Positions 1 through 11,198 of a DNA stretch of 64,000 nt are shown piece by piece (within the stretch, counting starts at the first letter, position 1; the number at the start of each line of letters is the position of its first letter). The notes beneath the pieces are model-generated. The model did not search any database. It worked only from the letters and a program-made list of their open reading frames with translations, and was not told the DNA's origin. The stretch is from Haplodiscus bocki (lineage: Eukaryota). The stretch spans positions 4,030,001-4,094,000 of the forward strand of contig OZ296652.1 of the NCBI GenBank assembly GCA_965655095.1. The letters are read 5' to 3'. Both the position numbers and the translations under genes were made by a program.

Positions 1-1070
1 GCTGCTTTAATTACTTTTGTTTTTCACTGAAGACAATATTCAACGTCGTAATGAAAAGAGAGAGCTCAATGAATTGCGACGAAGCTATGTACAAGAAAAA
101 GGCTTCACTGATACTAAAAAATGGGAGTGTGAATTGTGGAGCTGTACAAGATGAGCAATAATGTCGAAAAACATGTGCGATAAAACGTTCCCTACAGCCA
201 CTGACTTGCAGTTCAGCAAATATAGGATGAAATAAGAAACGGAAAATTGTTTGGCTACGTTCAATGCGGCACTGAAGCACCCGAACGTTTGAGAGCCAAA
301 TTTGCTAACTTCCCTCTAATCTTCACGAACACTTCAGTGAGCAAGAATGATATTGGTGACTTAATGGAAACGCAGGCCGACGAAGAAGGAATAAGGTCGC
401 AAGCTCGAAAAATGTTGAATTTAAGCTTCACATTACAAAACGGTACACTGATCACTCCTCTGCTTTTATTCTGCTCGCAACAGCGGCTCGTTTTTGTTTT
501 TACAAAAATAAACCGTTCTGTCGAGAACACTACAAATACCTGTTTCAACAGCTGTGTACACTCACCAATGGAGGCAAGAAGAAAAACTGACGAAAATCCA
601 AACTCCAGTGTAGTCGCAGACACAATGAAGCCCCTGGCCAGAAGATCCTATGGTTACCAGAATATGAACCGCGAAGGACATTATGTAACGAAGTGTGTCG
701 GCGACGAAAAGACACATGGTGTTATCAATAGTAAATTCTTTAGGAAATTAGGTCATAAGAGCACTGCATTTTTGAAGTTGTACTCGTCAAAGAACAGATG
801 GAACAAAAAAACTTTCATTTTCGGGTCCTTTGTTCTTCAGTAGGCAAATCATGCAGAAATCCGAAAATCGGAACGGTGCTAGAATGTTTTCACCAAATTC
901 TCGGACGTGAAAAAATTTGAAGTTGAAGAGTTGGAAATGGACACCGACTCTTTCTACCTGGCTCTTGCCGAGAAGGAACTGGAAGACTGTATACGACCTG
1001 AAATGAAAACAGAGTGTGAGCAACTGTGGTCAAATCATTGTACAACTTTTTTAATGCTGATGCAAGCGGA
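1..1070 (+). pseudogene. Protein-primed family B DNA polymerase (pPolB) fragment of a Polinton/Maverick (element 1), frameshifted
   Basis: ORFs 247-843 and 907-1143 contain degenerate PolB motif B (MKPLARRSYGYQ, cf. KxxxNSxYG) and motif C (EMDTDSFY). The region is colinear with the second polB copy at ~55,940-57,030 (FGYVQCGTEAPERLR vs FGCAQCVIEVPENLR; ENPNSSVVADTMK vs ENPNCRVVADTLK). Confidence 0.9.
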
Positions 1071-1098
1071 AAATCACCTTCTCTATTTTTTAACCAGA

Positions 1099-1791
1099 AT
1101 GTCAAAGCTAAAGATAGAGGAAGTTGGGTACCTTTCAAAGTAAGAACGTCAGAAGCTGCAAAGACTCTATACGCAAGGTGCTGCTGCTTACGGTTCTGTA
1201 GGCAAGTTGCAAAAGCTAGCAGATTACCAGTATCAAAGGTGAGACAGTTTTTGCATTCAAGGGATTCTTATACAAAATCTAGTTTGGCAGCACGAAATTT
1301 CAAGAGAATGAGGGCTTTTGCTAGATTCAGAAACGAATTTTGGTGCATGGATCTTGCTCACGTTGATAAATGGCAAAAGAGAATAACGGTGTAAAGTTTT
1401 TACTAGTTCGTCAAGACTTGTTTGATAGAACTGTAAATGCTAGAGGAATGAAAACGAAAGATTCTCAAGAACTGTGAAAGCATTTTCATCCATGATTACA
1501 AAAAGGAATCGACCAAAAAAGTTTTGGGTTGACAAGGGAACCGAATTTGCTGGAGCGTTTAAAAAGTTTTGTACTGCTGAGGGGATACAAGTTTACTCTA
1601 CTATAAGTGAGACTCAGGCTGCTTTTGCTGAACGTACAATAGGATCATTGAAAAATATTGTTTACCGTTACATGGAAGATTTTGGGTACAAGTATATACA
1701 CAAACTACCTCAATTCATCACTACCTTAAACTCTAGAAGAAACTGTTCGATAGATATGAGACCCAATACCGTAAAGGATTGCGAAGATTAG
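1099..1791 (+). pseudogene. Retroviral-like DDE integrase (Polinton c-integrase/rve), frameshifted and 3'-truncated
   Basis: Catalytic triad motifs across ORFs 1026-1394 and 1474-1791: WCMDLAHVD (D), FWVDKGTEF (D), AFAERTIGSLK (E), followed by YKYIHKLPQFITTLN...IDMRP. Confidence 0.92.
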
Positions 1792-2055
1792 GGTTATGCA
1801 TGGCCTATCTTAATATAATGATTCGGTTTTCGACTCCATATCTTAACACATTGAACCGACACGACTCGTCTTGGCAGACAATCAGAATCCGGTATTACGT
1901 CACCCGAGTCGTTAGCCAATCAGAATTGTGTAGTATGTCACCCAGAGCATCAATGACCCCCTCGCTCTGGGCAATCGGCTCGCTATAGCTTTTCTTAATA
2001 CGTAGGGTCTTCCAACCCCTCCATCCCCCGACAACACCTCTAATCACTCTTCTAC
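1792..2055. repeat. Probable Polinton terminal inverted repeat (right end of element 1)
   Basis: Non-coding tract with two CAATCAGAAT-containing units (1873-1889, 1910-1926) that match 57,736-57,792 downstream of the other polB. It ends ...CACTCTTCTAC at an abrupt break into another integrase; the minus-strand reading GTAGAAGAG resembles the AG/AGT-rich Polinton terminus. Confidence 0.55.
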
Positions 2056-2577
2056 CAATTTCACTCAGTGTACAAAATTTGGAATTGTTCGAGCTTTGAA
2101 AAATTTTTCTCACTCTCCGGCAAGCTCTTTCCCGTTTTCAACCGAAGTTTTCTTGGGACAATTTATTTTTTTGATCACGTTTGAAAACAGTCCTTTCGGA
2201 GTCTTTTGTCTTCTTTCTTTTTGCATTTACTGTTTGATCAAACAAATTTTGGCGAACTAGTAAATACTTGACACCATCTTTCTCTTTTGCGAGTTTATCA
2301 TCAAAAGCAAGATCAATACAGCCAATTCTGAACTTAAGCGAAAGTTTCCATTTTGAACTTAGCGAAAACCTTCATTTCTTCGACATTTCCCGTGGCTAAA
2401 TTAATTTTTCTGCACGAAATTTTCAAAAATAAAACCTATCTTATCTTTGTTTTTGCCAAATTGGTAGCCTTTCATAAGATTCAGAAGGAGCAGCACCTTG
2501 ATTGTACAATCTTTGTGTTTTCTGCCTTCCGCAATTTTTTAAAATGACCAAGCTTCCTTCTCTACGGTTTTGGCAAT
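2056..2577 (-). pseudogene. Second Polinton DDE integrase (element 2), 5' half only
   Basis: Minus-strand translation gives QKTQRLYNQGAA and IGCIDLAFDDKLAKEKDGVKYLLVRQNLFDQTVNAKRKKTKDS, colinear with QKLQRLYTQGAA and WCMDLAHVDK...GVKFLLVRQDLFDRTVNARGMKTKDS of the integrase at 1099-1791. It breaks off at 2056. Confidence 0.88.
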
Positions 2578-2990
2578 CTGCTTCAAAACCAGAGTTGGAG
2601 ACATTCCAGCAGTTAGTTAAATTATAAGTCCGGAAGGACTGCTTCTTGTCGACGCCCTTGTTGAGCAAAAACCGGTATAAACGCTTCAGTTTCTACAGCA
2701 TCCAACTTTAAGGTCTGCGAATTTGAGATTTTGATACGTGGATGAGACAAGGTTTTGTCAATCAAAGAGTCTGCGTTGGCAAGGAGTACTTTGTTGATGT
2801 CCCTAATTGACGAGTGAATTTGTTACGTGTGACTTTGCTTCAATTTGGAAGCTCTTGCTTTGTACCTGACTGAGTGTTCAAGCTTCTATTGTTTTACACA
2901 GCAAGGGGGACTAAAACAAACTGCTCCATATCATAGCAATTGACTAATGACGAGAGGTGTAAAGACTTTTATTTGTTTCAAGCCTTTTAC
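2540..2990 (-). pseudogene. Uncharacterised Polinton ORF remnant directly upstream of the integrase
   Basis: Minus-strand frame reads QIHSSIRDINKVLLANADSLIDKTLSHPRIKISNSQTLKLDAVETEAFIPVFAQQGRR. Its 3' end (AKTVEK/GSLVILKN) matches NQNVKAKDRGSWVPFKV just upstream of integrase 1 (~1,090-1,143). Confidence 0.55.
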
Positions 2991-2999
2991 GGTAGCAAC

Positions 3000-3835
3000 A
3001 GCGTCTCTTCTTTGCTCACAAATTGTTCTCATGGGACAGAACAAGCAAACCGCGTTTTGAAATTTTGAAAGTCTTTTTATGATCTGCAGGTTTCCGTCAA
3101 GAAGATTTACTCTTTGAGAAGATTACAAAGATTTTGCATTCGAGGGAAAATGATTGGATAACTTACAGGGTGAGGAGAATTTGTGTTTTCATCGTCTAAA
3201 AACTATATATGTCTCAACAGGTCCGGGACAAAGAAACATCGTAAGAACGGATCGACTGTTTTTAAAATAACGTAGTCTATCATCTGTACGAAACGATTAG
3301 TCAATCAAGAAAAGACTGTGGGGAACTGACGTTGCGTACCGACACTCTTCAACTAGCTCTGATACGAGACCCAATTGAGCACTGAGAGTACTGACTTGCA
3401 TCACAACACGAGGAGATTTCAAGGGAACAATATGAGTATTTGGAGCTTAATATCCAGTCCTGGCTTACTTTGATTAAACAAACTGAGCTTAACTCAAAAC
3501 GTTTTCAATCCGCTATGTCTTCCAGTACGGGCAATATCAACAAAATTTCTGAACTGCAAATCTCATCACAAGATTCGTCAAGATTAACAAGTAATTTGTA
3601 CCGTTGCTCTGTAGACAATCAATGAATTCAAAGTTTACACATTGAAAAAATTTAAGAGTTTCAGTTCCTCTTTGCATAACACCTTTAGGCGGCTGAAGAA
3701 GTTGATGAAAAAAGTTCTGTCAGAAATTGGTTGAAAATTTCAAATGTTTGACCAATTTCAATTGAGTCGGAATTTTCTCGCTTCGGACGGTCCATCCAAT
3801 GATATAAAGACGCATTTTTTGTAGGAAACATATTC
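3000..3835 (-). pseudogene. A32-like (FtsK/HerA superfamily) genome-packaging ATPase of Polinton, copy 1
   Basis: Frameshifted minus-strand translation: degenerate Walker A VFISLDGPSEARKF, Walker B region GTNYLLILDESCDEIC, FVDIARTGRHSGL (the A32-type GRH motif), then NTHIVPLKSPRVVMQVSTLSAQLG and SFRTDDRLRY. Confidence 0.8.
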
Positions 3836-3839
3836 TCAG

Positions 3840-5170
3840 AGGGTTTCCGAGGGTAAGTGTATCCTGCTGCACTACACGATAACCCCAAACAAACAGTTGG
3901 CTCGTCACAAATTTTTGAAAGATGAACTGTCCAAAAGCAACCGAAGATAATCCACAAAGTTGCAAAAAATTGGGACCAAATTCAATAAGAGACCTTGAAC
4001 AGGTTTGTCCCAAACAAGCCCACGATTTTTATCTTGATTGTTGTCGACAAAGACAATTGCGCCCAGATCAGATATTTCGTATTGATCTGTCACATAGTTT
4101 CTAGGCTCAAATTCTCAATGAGGAATCTTGACAAAAAACTGCAACAAATTAAAAATTTTGATAAGTAGACACAAAAAATAAAAGACAAGGTTTACAACTT
4201 CACGTGCAGTTTCGTCCACCTACCACTTGATTCTGCTTATCGCGCTGCATCGTGAAGTGTAGTATTACCGTGCAATAGGCACCTGGAGCAAGTCCACAAT
4301 TCTTTAACTGGTTGTGCAAGCTCTTGAATTTTGGGCTTTATATGATCATCTAAGTTTTCCACTTCGCTATCATTTGAGATGCCCAAAACTATGCATTCGC
4401 TATCCCCTCTGCAAAAACTTTAGCCTTTACATCTTTAGGAAGAACGTTTCGGAGCCCCCTGTGAGCCAAACTTCCACTGTTCTGCACAAATTATAAGAAA
4501 AAATCTTGTTCACCAAAGAGATTGTTCTCTGGGTTTGTATGTTTTTGGAGGAGGGAAAAGTATCCCGGAATTTTCCCCTTACTGACAACTCCGAACTCGT
4601 AACTTGCTTTCATCTGCAACCTCAAAAAATACAACAATGCGAGAGATAATGCTTCAAACGTCGGCAGAGTTGAAAACAGTGGGTAGAAAGAATTTTACGT
4701 AAAAGTAAAGAGTTGTCCAGTCACGTCACGGAGAACACACGTCTTTGGTCCTCTTCCAGTCAAGTAACAGTAGTACGGACATTTGCCAAATTGAGTCTGT
4801 ACTGCTCCAGCAGCATCATGAGTGTCGTCCTAATGCATTTGGAGTAACAAAAGTAATGTTCCAGGTACGAGACCCCATAATCAAACATTCCATCAATTTT
4901 TTCTTTCTGGTCCAACTCACAAAAAAAGTCTAGCATTCCAACAGCGACTTGCCCTTACAGAATGGTTGTTGCGCACAATTATAGGAAAAAACAATTTTAC
5001 TCCCAAGTAGTATCGGAATGCTCAATATAACGAGAACAACAAAATTTGACAAAGTTCCTTTTGAACATGAACACTTGTTTCTTTTAGTACAATGCACCGC
5101 TTGACAAAGATGTCAGTGTAACTCAAAGAACATCATTCTTTCGCCAAAAACCTCCGGCATTCTGCCGTTT
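3840..5170 (-). pseudogene. Unassigned degenerate ORF remnants within the Polinton-derived duplication unit
   Basis: Fragmented short ORFs lying between the ATPase and the 5,526-6,085 gene, repeated at +4.39 kb. No recognisable catalytic motif. Confidence 0.3.
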
Positions 5171-5525
5171 TTGATTCAGCTTTTTACCTGTGAGGTGAGG
5201 ATTGTTTCAGTAACTGTACACGACAAAATTCAACATGTCTGTATCAGTCTACACATACGTTTTCCCACCATCATCTTTTGTCCCATTTGCGTAAGAAATT
5301 TTTTTCCGAATCACGTTTTCCTTTGTCCGATAAAACTTTCATTTCAACTACAAATAGCGTAAGTTTTTCGGGAGAAACTTTTGGAAAGGTAAGTAGTAAG
5401 ACAAGATTAAGTACCCATTTTGATTTCAGGTTGAGAAATAGTTTTCTGTTCTTTCCAATGTTCCAACTAATCCTGAGTCGAGTAAAAAGAAAACCTATAA
5501 AAAAACAAATAGCTTCAAATACCTT

Positions 5526-6085
5526 CTATAGGACCTTACAAATGGGCTTATTAGTAGTAACATTATTATAAACAGAATTCAATACATCAAGTAGAAATAT
5601 AAGTTCTCCAAGTTTATATTTCACATAGATAGTTTGTGGAAATTCTTCGCAGATATTCGGACTTCAAAATAAGATCTCTTTGGCTGGTCCACATTGTATC
5701 GCAGTAGAATCACACTAATCTTTCTGTTTGCTCCGTCCTTTACATCAACCAAATGGTGAGCCAGTTTAAGTTGTTCATCCATATCTTTGGACATCGTTGG
5801 TGTCAGCACTGGGTACAAGTTTTCCTCCCTACCAACATTTTCTGCTGCACTGATCAGCTGATTCCTCCATTGCATCAACTTGTTGGAGTCTGCTTCTCCC
5901 TATGTAAGTTTCAGTTCCAGTAGAAACTTCTTGCTGTCTTCTTCCAGGAAAACTTGGAAGTTTCATCCAAGTAAATGGAGTCATTTCGTACAAAAAAAGT
6001 GTCCGGATCTGTCTTGAAAATTACAAAAGTCGACATAGTCGGTACAAGTTAGCTTGTCCAACAAAACAGTAGATTTGTAAGCCAT
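5526..6085 (-). pseudogene. Polinton accessory gene remnant (possibly PC4-like ssDNA-binding fold), copy 1
   Basis: MAYKSTVLLDKLTCTDYVDFCNFQDRSGHF (ATG at 6,085) continues after frameshifts as GEADSNKLMQWRNQLISAAEN...LKLAHHLVDVKDGANRKISVILLRYNVDQPKRSYFEVRI...PICKVL* (stop 5,526-5,528). The fold call is inference from the beta-strand-rich pattern followed by a helix. Confidence 0.45.
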
Positions 6086-6201
6086 AGGTGACAAAGATAG
6101 TATGCTGGTAGCTGAAAGAAGTGGTTTCTTTTTGCGAATGACCGTTTGGGAATGATTTTGGGGCTGCATTTGGTTAGTTGTAAACGCCATTTTTTTAGTC
6201 C

Positions 6202-6813
6202 TTGTCACGTGAGGTTTCCTTATATGGTCATTGTCAAGTGATAGTTCAATATAACGAGCTTTCATCCGTGTTCCGACATTGTCAAGTGATAATCATTTTT
6301 TGTAGGAGTGTAAGAAAAAACAAAACACTTTGTTTTCCAGTTTCATTTGTTCAAAAAAAGATTCAACCACCAGATGGCTGCTGCAGTTACAAGTGGAAAC
6401 CAGTTTTCACACAATTTTTTTTTAAAAAACAGTTTTTTTTCTTTCTGAAAACACATAAGAAAAAAATTGTGCGTAAAAAATACTGTATAGCCCACCACGA
6501 TGAAAAAATTTGCTTTTTACCGAATTGTAGATTTCACATTGTATTGAAAGGAGACATTAAAGTTTGCTACAAAAACTGGGCGGACGCTTTCTGTTTCAAC
6601 TGCCAACACGTGGACTGTCTGCATACACTTTTCGAGTATCACTTCAGTGGCAAAACTGTTATCAGGAGAGGACAACTATTTCATAATGTGCATAGGGCAG
6701 TTGATTTCAACTACCAAAACAGAAGAGTGGACAGAAAGCCCAGCATGGCGGAAAAGATACTCTTGCTGAAAAAGTACAAAATTCAATTGTTGACCTCCTT
6801 TCAAAAACATTAA
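6202..6813 (+). CDS. Small Cys/His-rich hypothetical protein (probable Polinton accessory ORF; coding part likely ~6,468-6,813), copy 1
   Basis: Open 203-codon frame. The C-terminal half has YCIAHHDEKICFLPNCRFH and FCFNCQHVDCLH; the N-terminal half is low-complexity and probably non-coding. Confidence 0.4.
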   Translation: MSREVSLYGHCQVIVQYNELSSVFRHCQVIIIFCRSVRKNKTLCFPVSFVQKKIQPPDGCCSYKWKPVFTQFFFKKQFFFFLKTHKKKIVRKKYCIAHHDEKICFLPNCRFHIVLKGDIKVCYKNWADAFCFNCQHVDCLHTLFEYHFSGKTVIRRGQLFHNVHRAVDFNYQNRRVDRKPSMAEKILLLKKYKIQLLTSFQKH

Positions 6814-7384
6814 ACAACGCGAACCAGTAGATAGGTTTCTGCAGACTCAATTGGACACGTTAGAATGAATACACCCGTTTTAAAAGTGATAAAAATTATA
6901 GATTGTTTTTTAGATGGTCATGGTGTTTATACTAGTAAATAGGTAACTTTTAAATTGAAAACTTAAACTAACCTTTTCCTGAATCTCACAGAGTTTTCAA
7001 AGGTCAATTAGTACTGCAAAAGATGTAACCATTTTTTCGATGCCCTTGTTGAGCAAAAACCGGTATAAACGCTTCAGTTTCTACGGCATCCAACTTTAAA
7101 GTCTGCGAATTTGAGAATTTGATACGTGGATGAGACAAGATTTTGTCAATCAAAGAGTCTGTGTTGACAAGAATTTTTTTGTTGATTTCCCTAATTGACG
7201 AGTGAATTTGTTACGTGTGACTTTGCTTCAATTTGGAGGCTCTTGCTTTGTACCTGACTGAGTGTTCAAGCTTCTATTGTTTTACACAGCTAGGGGGACG
7301 AAAACAAACTGCTCCATATCATAGCAATTGATTAAAGACAAGAGGTGTAAGGACTTTTATTTGTTTCAAGCCTTTTACGGGAGC

Positions 7385-8222
7385 AACAGCGTCTCTTCTT
7401 TGCTCACAAAATGTTCTCATGGGACAGAACAAGGAAACCGCGTTTTGAAATTTTGAAAGTCCTTTTATGCTCTGCAGGTTTCCTTCAAGAAGATTTACTC
7501 TTTGAGAAGATTACAAATATTTTGCATTCGAAGGAAAATGATTGGATAACTTACAAGGTGAGGAGAATTTATGTTTTCATCGTCTAAAGACTTTATATGT
7601 CTCAACAGGTCCGGGACAAAGAAACATCGTAAGAACGGATCCACTGTTTTTAAAATAACGTAGTCTATCATCTGTACGAAACGATTAGTCAATCAAGAAA
7701 AGACTGTGGGGAACTGACGTTGCGTCCCGACACTCTTCAACTAGCTCTGATACGAGACCCAATTGAGCACTGAGAGTACTGACTTGCATCACAACACGAG
7801 GAGATTTCAAGGGAACAATATGAGTATTTGGAGCTCAATCTCGAGTCCTGGCTTACTTTGATTAAACAAACTGAGCTTAACTCAAAACGTTTTCGATCCG
7901 CTATGTCTTCCAGCACGGGCAATATCAACAAAACTTTTGAACTGCAAATCTCTTCACAGATTCGTCAAGATTACCAAGTAATTTGTACCGTTGCTCTGTA
8001 GACAATCAATGAATTCAAAGTTTACATCTTGAAAAAATTTAAGAGTTTCAGTTCCTCTTTGCATAACACCTTTAGGCGGCTGAAGAAGTTGATGAAAAAA
8101 GTTCTTTCAGAAGTTGGTTGAAATTTTCAAATGTTTAACCAAATCAATTGAGTCGGAATTTTCTCGGTTCGGACGGTCCATCCAATGATATAAAGACGCA
8201 TTTTTTGTAGGAAACATTTTCT
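7385..8222 (-). pseudogene. A32-like packaging ATPase, copy 2
   Basis: Duplicate of 3,000-3,835 at ~+4.39 kb; the same degenerate Walker A and GRH-type motifs are recognisable. Confidence 0.78.
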
Positions 8223-9910
8223 CAGAGGGTTTCCGAGGCTAAATGTATCCTGCTGCACTACACGATAACCTCAACCAAACAATTGGTTCGTCACAAATTT
8301 CTGAAAGATGAATTGTCCAAAAGCAACCGAAGATAATCCACAAAGTTGCAAAAAATTGGGACCAAAAGTCAATAAGAGACCTTGAACAGGTTTGTCCCAA
8401 ACTAGCCCACCATTTTTATCTTGATTGTTGTCGTCAAAGACAATTGTGCCCAGATCAGACTATTCTTCTTGATCTGTCACAAAGTTTTTAGCCTCAAGTT
8501 ATCAATGAGGAATCTTGACAAAAACTTCAACAAATTAAAAATTTTGATAAAAAGACACAAAAAATGAAAAACAAGGTTTACAACTTCACGTGCAGCTTCG
8601 TCCACCTACCACTTGACTCTGGTTTTCGCGCTGCACCGTAAAGTGTAGTATTAAGTTTGAATAGGCACCTGGATCAAATCCACAATTTAATAACTGATTT
8701 TGCAAGCTCTTGAACTTTGGGTTTTATATGATCATCTAAGATTTCCATTTCGCTATCTTTTGAAATGCCCAAAACTATGCATTTGCTGTCCCTTCTGCAG
8801 AAAGTTTAGCCTTTAAATCTTTAGAAAGAACGTTTTGGAGCCCCCTGTGAGCCAAACTTCCACTGTTCTGCACAAATTCTAAGAAAAAATCTTGTAAACC
8901 AAAGAGATTGTTCTCTGGGTTTGTATCTTTTTGGAGGAGGGAAAAGTATCCCGGAAATTTCCCGCTACTGACAACTCCGAACTCCTAACTTGCTTTCATC
9001 TGCAACCTCATAAAACAGAACAATGCGAGATATAATGCTTCCAACATCGGTAGAGTTGAAAACAGTGAGTAGAAATAATTTTACGTAAAACTAAAGAGTT
9101 GTCCAGTCATGTCACGTAGAACACACGTCTTTGGTCCTCTTCCAATCATGTAACAGTAGCATGGGCATTTGCCAACATGAATTTGCACTGCTCCAGCAGC
9201 ATCATGAGTGTCGTCCTAATGCATTTGGAGTAACAAAATTAATGTTCCAGGTACGAGACCCCATAATCAAAAATTCCATCAAATTTTTCTTTTTTGGTCC
9301 AACTCACAAAAGTCTAGCATTCCAACGGAGACTTGCCCTGAGAGAATGGTTGTTGCGAGCACAAATAAAAAAAAGACAAATTTACTCCCAAGTAGTATCG
9401 GAATGCTCAATATAACGAAAACAACAATTTTTGACAAAGTCTGTTTTAAACATGAGCACTTGTTTCTTCCAGTACAAAGCACCGCTTGACAAAGATGTCA
9501 GTGTAACTCAAAGAACATCATTCTTTCGCCAAAAACCTCCGGCATTCTGCCGTTTTTGATTCAGCTTTTTACCTGTGAGGTGAGGATTGTTTCAGTAACT
9601 GTACACGACAAAATTCAACATGTCTGTATCAGTCTACACATACGTTTTCCCACCATCATCTATTGTCCCATTTGCGTAAGAAATTTTTTTCCGAATCACG
9701 TTTTCCTTTGTCCGGTAAAACTTTCATTTCAACTACAAATAGCGTAAGTTTTTCGGGAGAAACTTTTGGAAAGGTAAGTAGTAAGACAAGATTAAGTACC
9801 CATTTTGATTTCAGGTTGAGAAATAGTTTTCTGTTCTTTCCAATGTTCCAACTAATCCTGAGTCGAGTAAAAAGAAAACCTATAAAAAAACAAATAGCTT
9901 CAAATACCTT

Positions 9911-10470
9911 CTATAGGACCTTACAAATGGGCTTATTAGTAGTAACATTATTATAAACAGAATTCAATACATCAAGTAGAAATATAAGTTCTCCAAGTTT
10001 ATATTTCACATAGATAGTTTGTGGAAATTCTTCGCAGATATTCGGACTTCAAAATAAGATCTCTTTGGCTGGTCCACATTGTATCGCAGTAGAATCACAC
10101 TAATCTTTCTGTTTGCTCCGTCCTTTACATCAACCAAATGGTGAGCCAGTTTAAGTTGTTCATCCATATCTTTGGACATCGTTGGTGTCAGCACTGGGTA
10201 CAAGTTTTCCTCCCTACCAACATTTTCTGCTGCACTGATCAGCTGATTCCTCCATCGCATCAACTTGTTGGAGTCTGCTTCTCCCTATGTAAGTTTCAGT
10301 TCCAGTAGAAACTTCTTGCTGTCTTCTTCCAGGAAAACTTGGAAGTTTCATCCAAGTAAATGGAGTCATTTCGTACAAAAAAAGTGTCCGGATCTGTCTT
10401 GAAAATTACAAAAGTCGACATAGTCGGTACAAGTTAGCTTGTCCAACAAAACAGTAGATTTGTAAGCCAT
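9911..10470 (-). pseudogene. Polinton accessory gene remnant (possibly PC4-like), copy 2
   Basis: Near-identical to 5,526-6,085 (ORFs 10006-10263 and 10366-10650). Confidence 0.45.
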
Positions 10471-10586
10471 AGGTGACAAAGATAGTATGCTGGTAGCTGA
10501 AAGAAGTGGTTTCTTTTTGCGAATGACCGTTTGGGAATGATTTTGGGGCTGCATTTGGTTAGTTGTAAACGCCATTTTTTTAGTCC

Positions 10587-11198
10587 TTGTCACGTGAGGT
10601 TTCCTTATATGGTCATTGTCAAGTGATAGTTCAATATAACGAGCTTTCATCCGTGTTCCGACATTGTCAAGTGATAATCATTTTTTGTAGGAGTGTAAGA
10701 AAAAACAAAACACTTTGTTTTCCAGTTTCATTTGTTCAAAAAAAGATTCAACCACCAGATGGCTGCTGCAGTTACAAGTGGAAACCAGTTTTCACACAAT
10801 TTTTTTTTAAAAAACAGTTTTTTTTCTTTCTGAAAACACATAAGAAAAAAATTGTGCGTAAAAAATACTGTATAGCCCACCACGATGAAAAAATTTGCTT
10901 TTTACCGAATTGTAGATTTCACATTGTATTGAAAGGAGACATTAAAGTTTGCTACAAAAACTGGGCGGACGCTTTCTGTTTCAACTGCCAACACGTGGAC
11001 TGTCTGCATACACTTTTCGAGTATCACTTCAGTGGCAAAACTGTTATCAGGAGAGGACAACTATTTCATAATGTGCATAGGGCAGTTGATTTCAACTACC
11101 AAAACAGAAGAGTGGACAGAAAGCCCAGCATGGCGGAAAAGATACTCTTGCTGAAAAAGTACAAAATTCAATTGTTGACCTCCTTTCAAAAACATTAA
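10587..11198 (+). CDS. Small Cys/His-rich hypothetical protein, copy 2
   Basis: Identical translation to 6202-6813. Confidence 0.4.
   Translation: MSREVSLYGHCQVIVQYNELSSVFRHCQVIIIFCRSVRKNKTLCFPVSFVQKKIQPPDGCCSYKWKPVFTQFFFKKQFFFFLKTHKKKIVRKKYCIAHHDEKICFLPNCRFHIVLKGDIKVCYKNWADAFCFNCQHVDCLHTLFEYHFSGKTVIRRGQLFHNVHRAVDFNYQNRRVDRKPSMAEKILLLKKYKIQLLTSFQKH

Noticed and set aside
5094-6962. Near-identical tract length (~1.87 kb) equals the array unit length
   Set aside because: No sequence similarity to the array unit is visible, so I treat it as coincidence.
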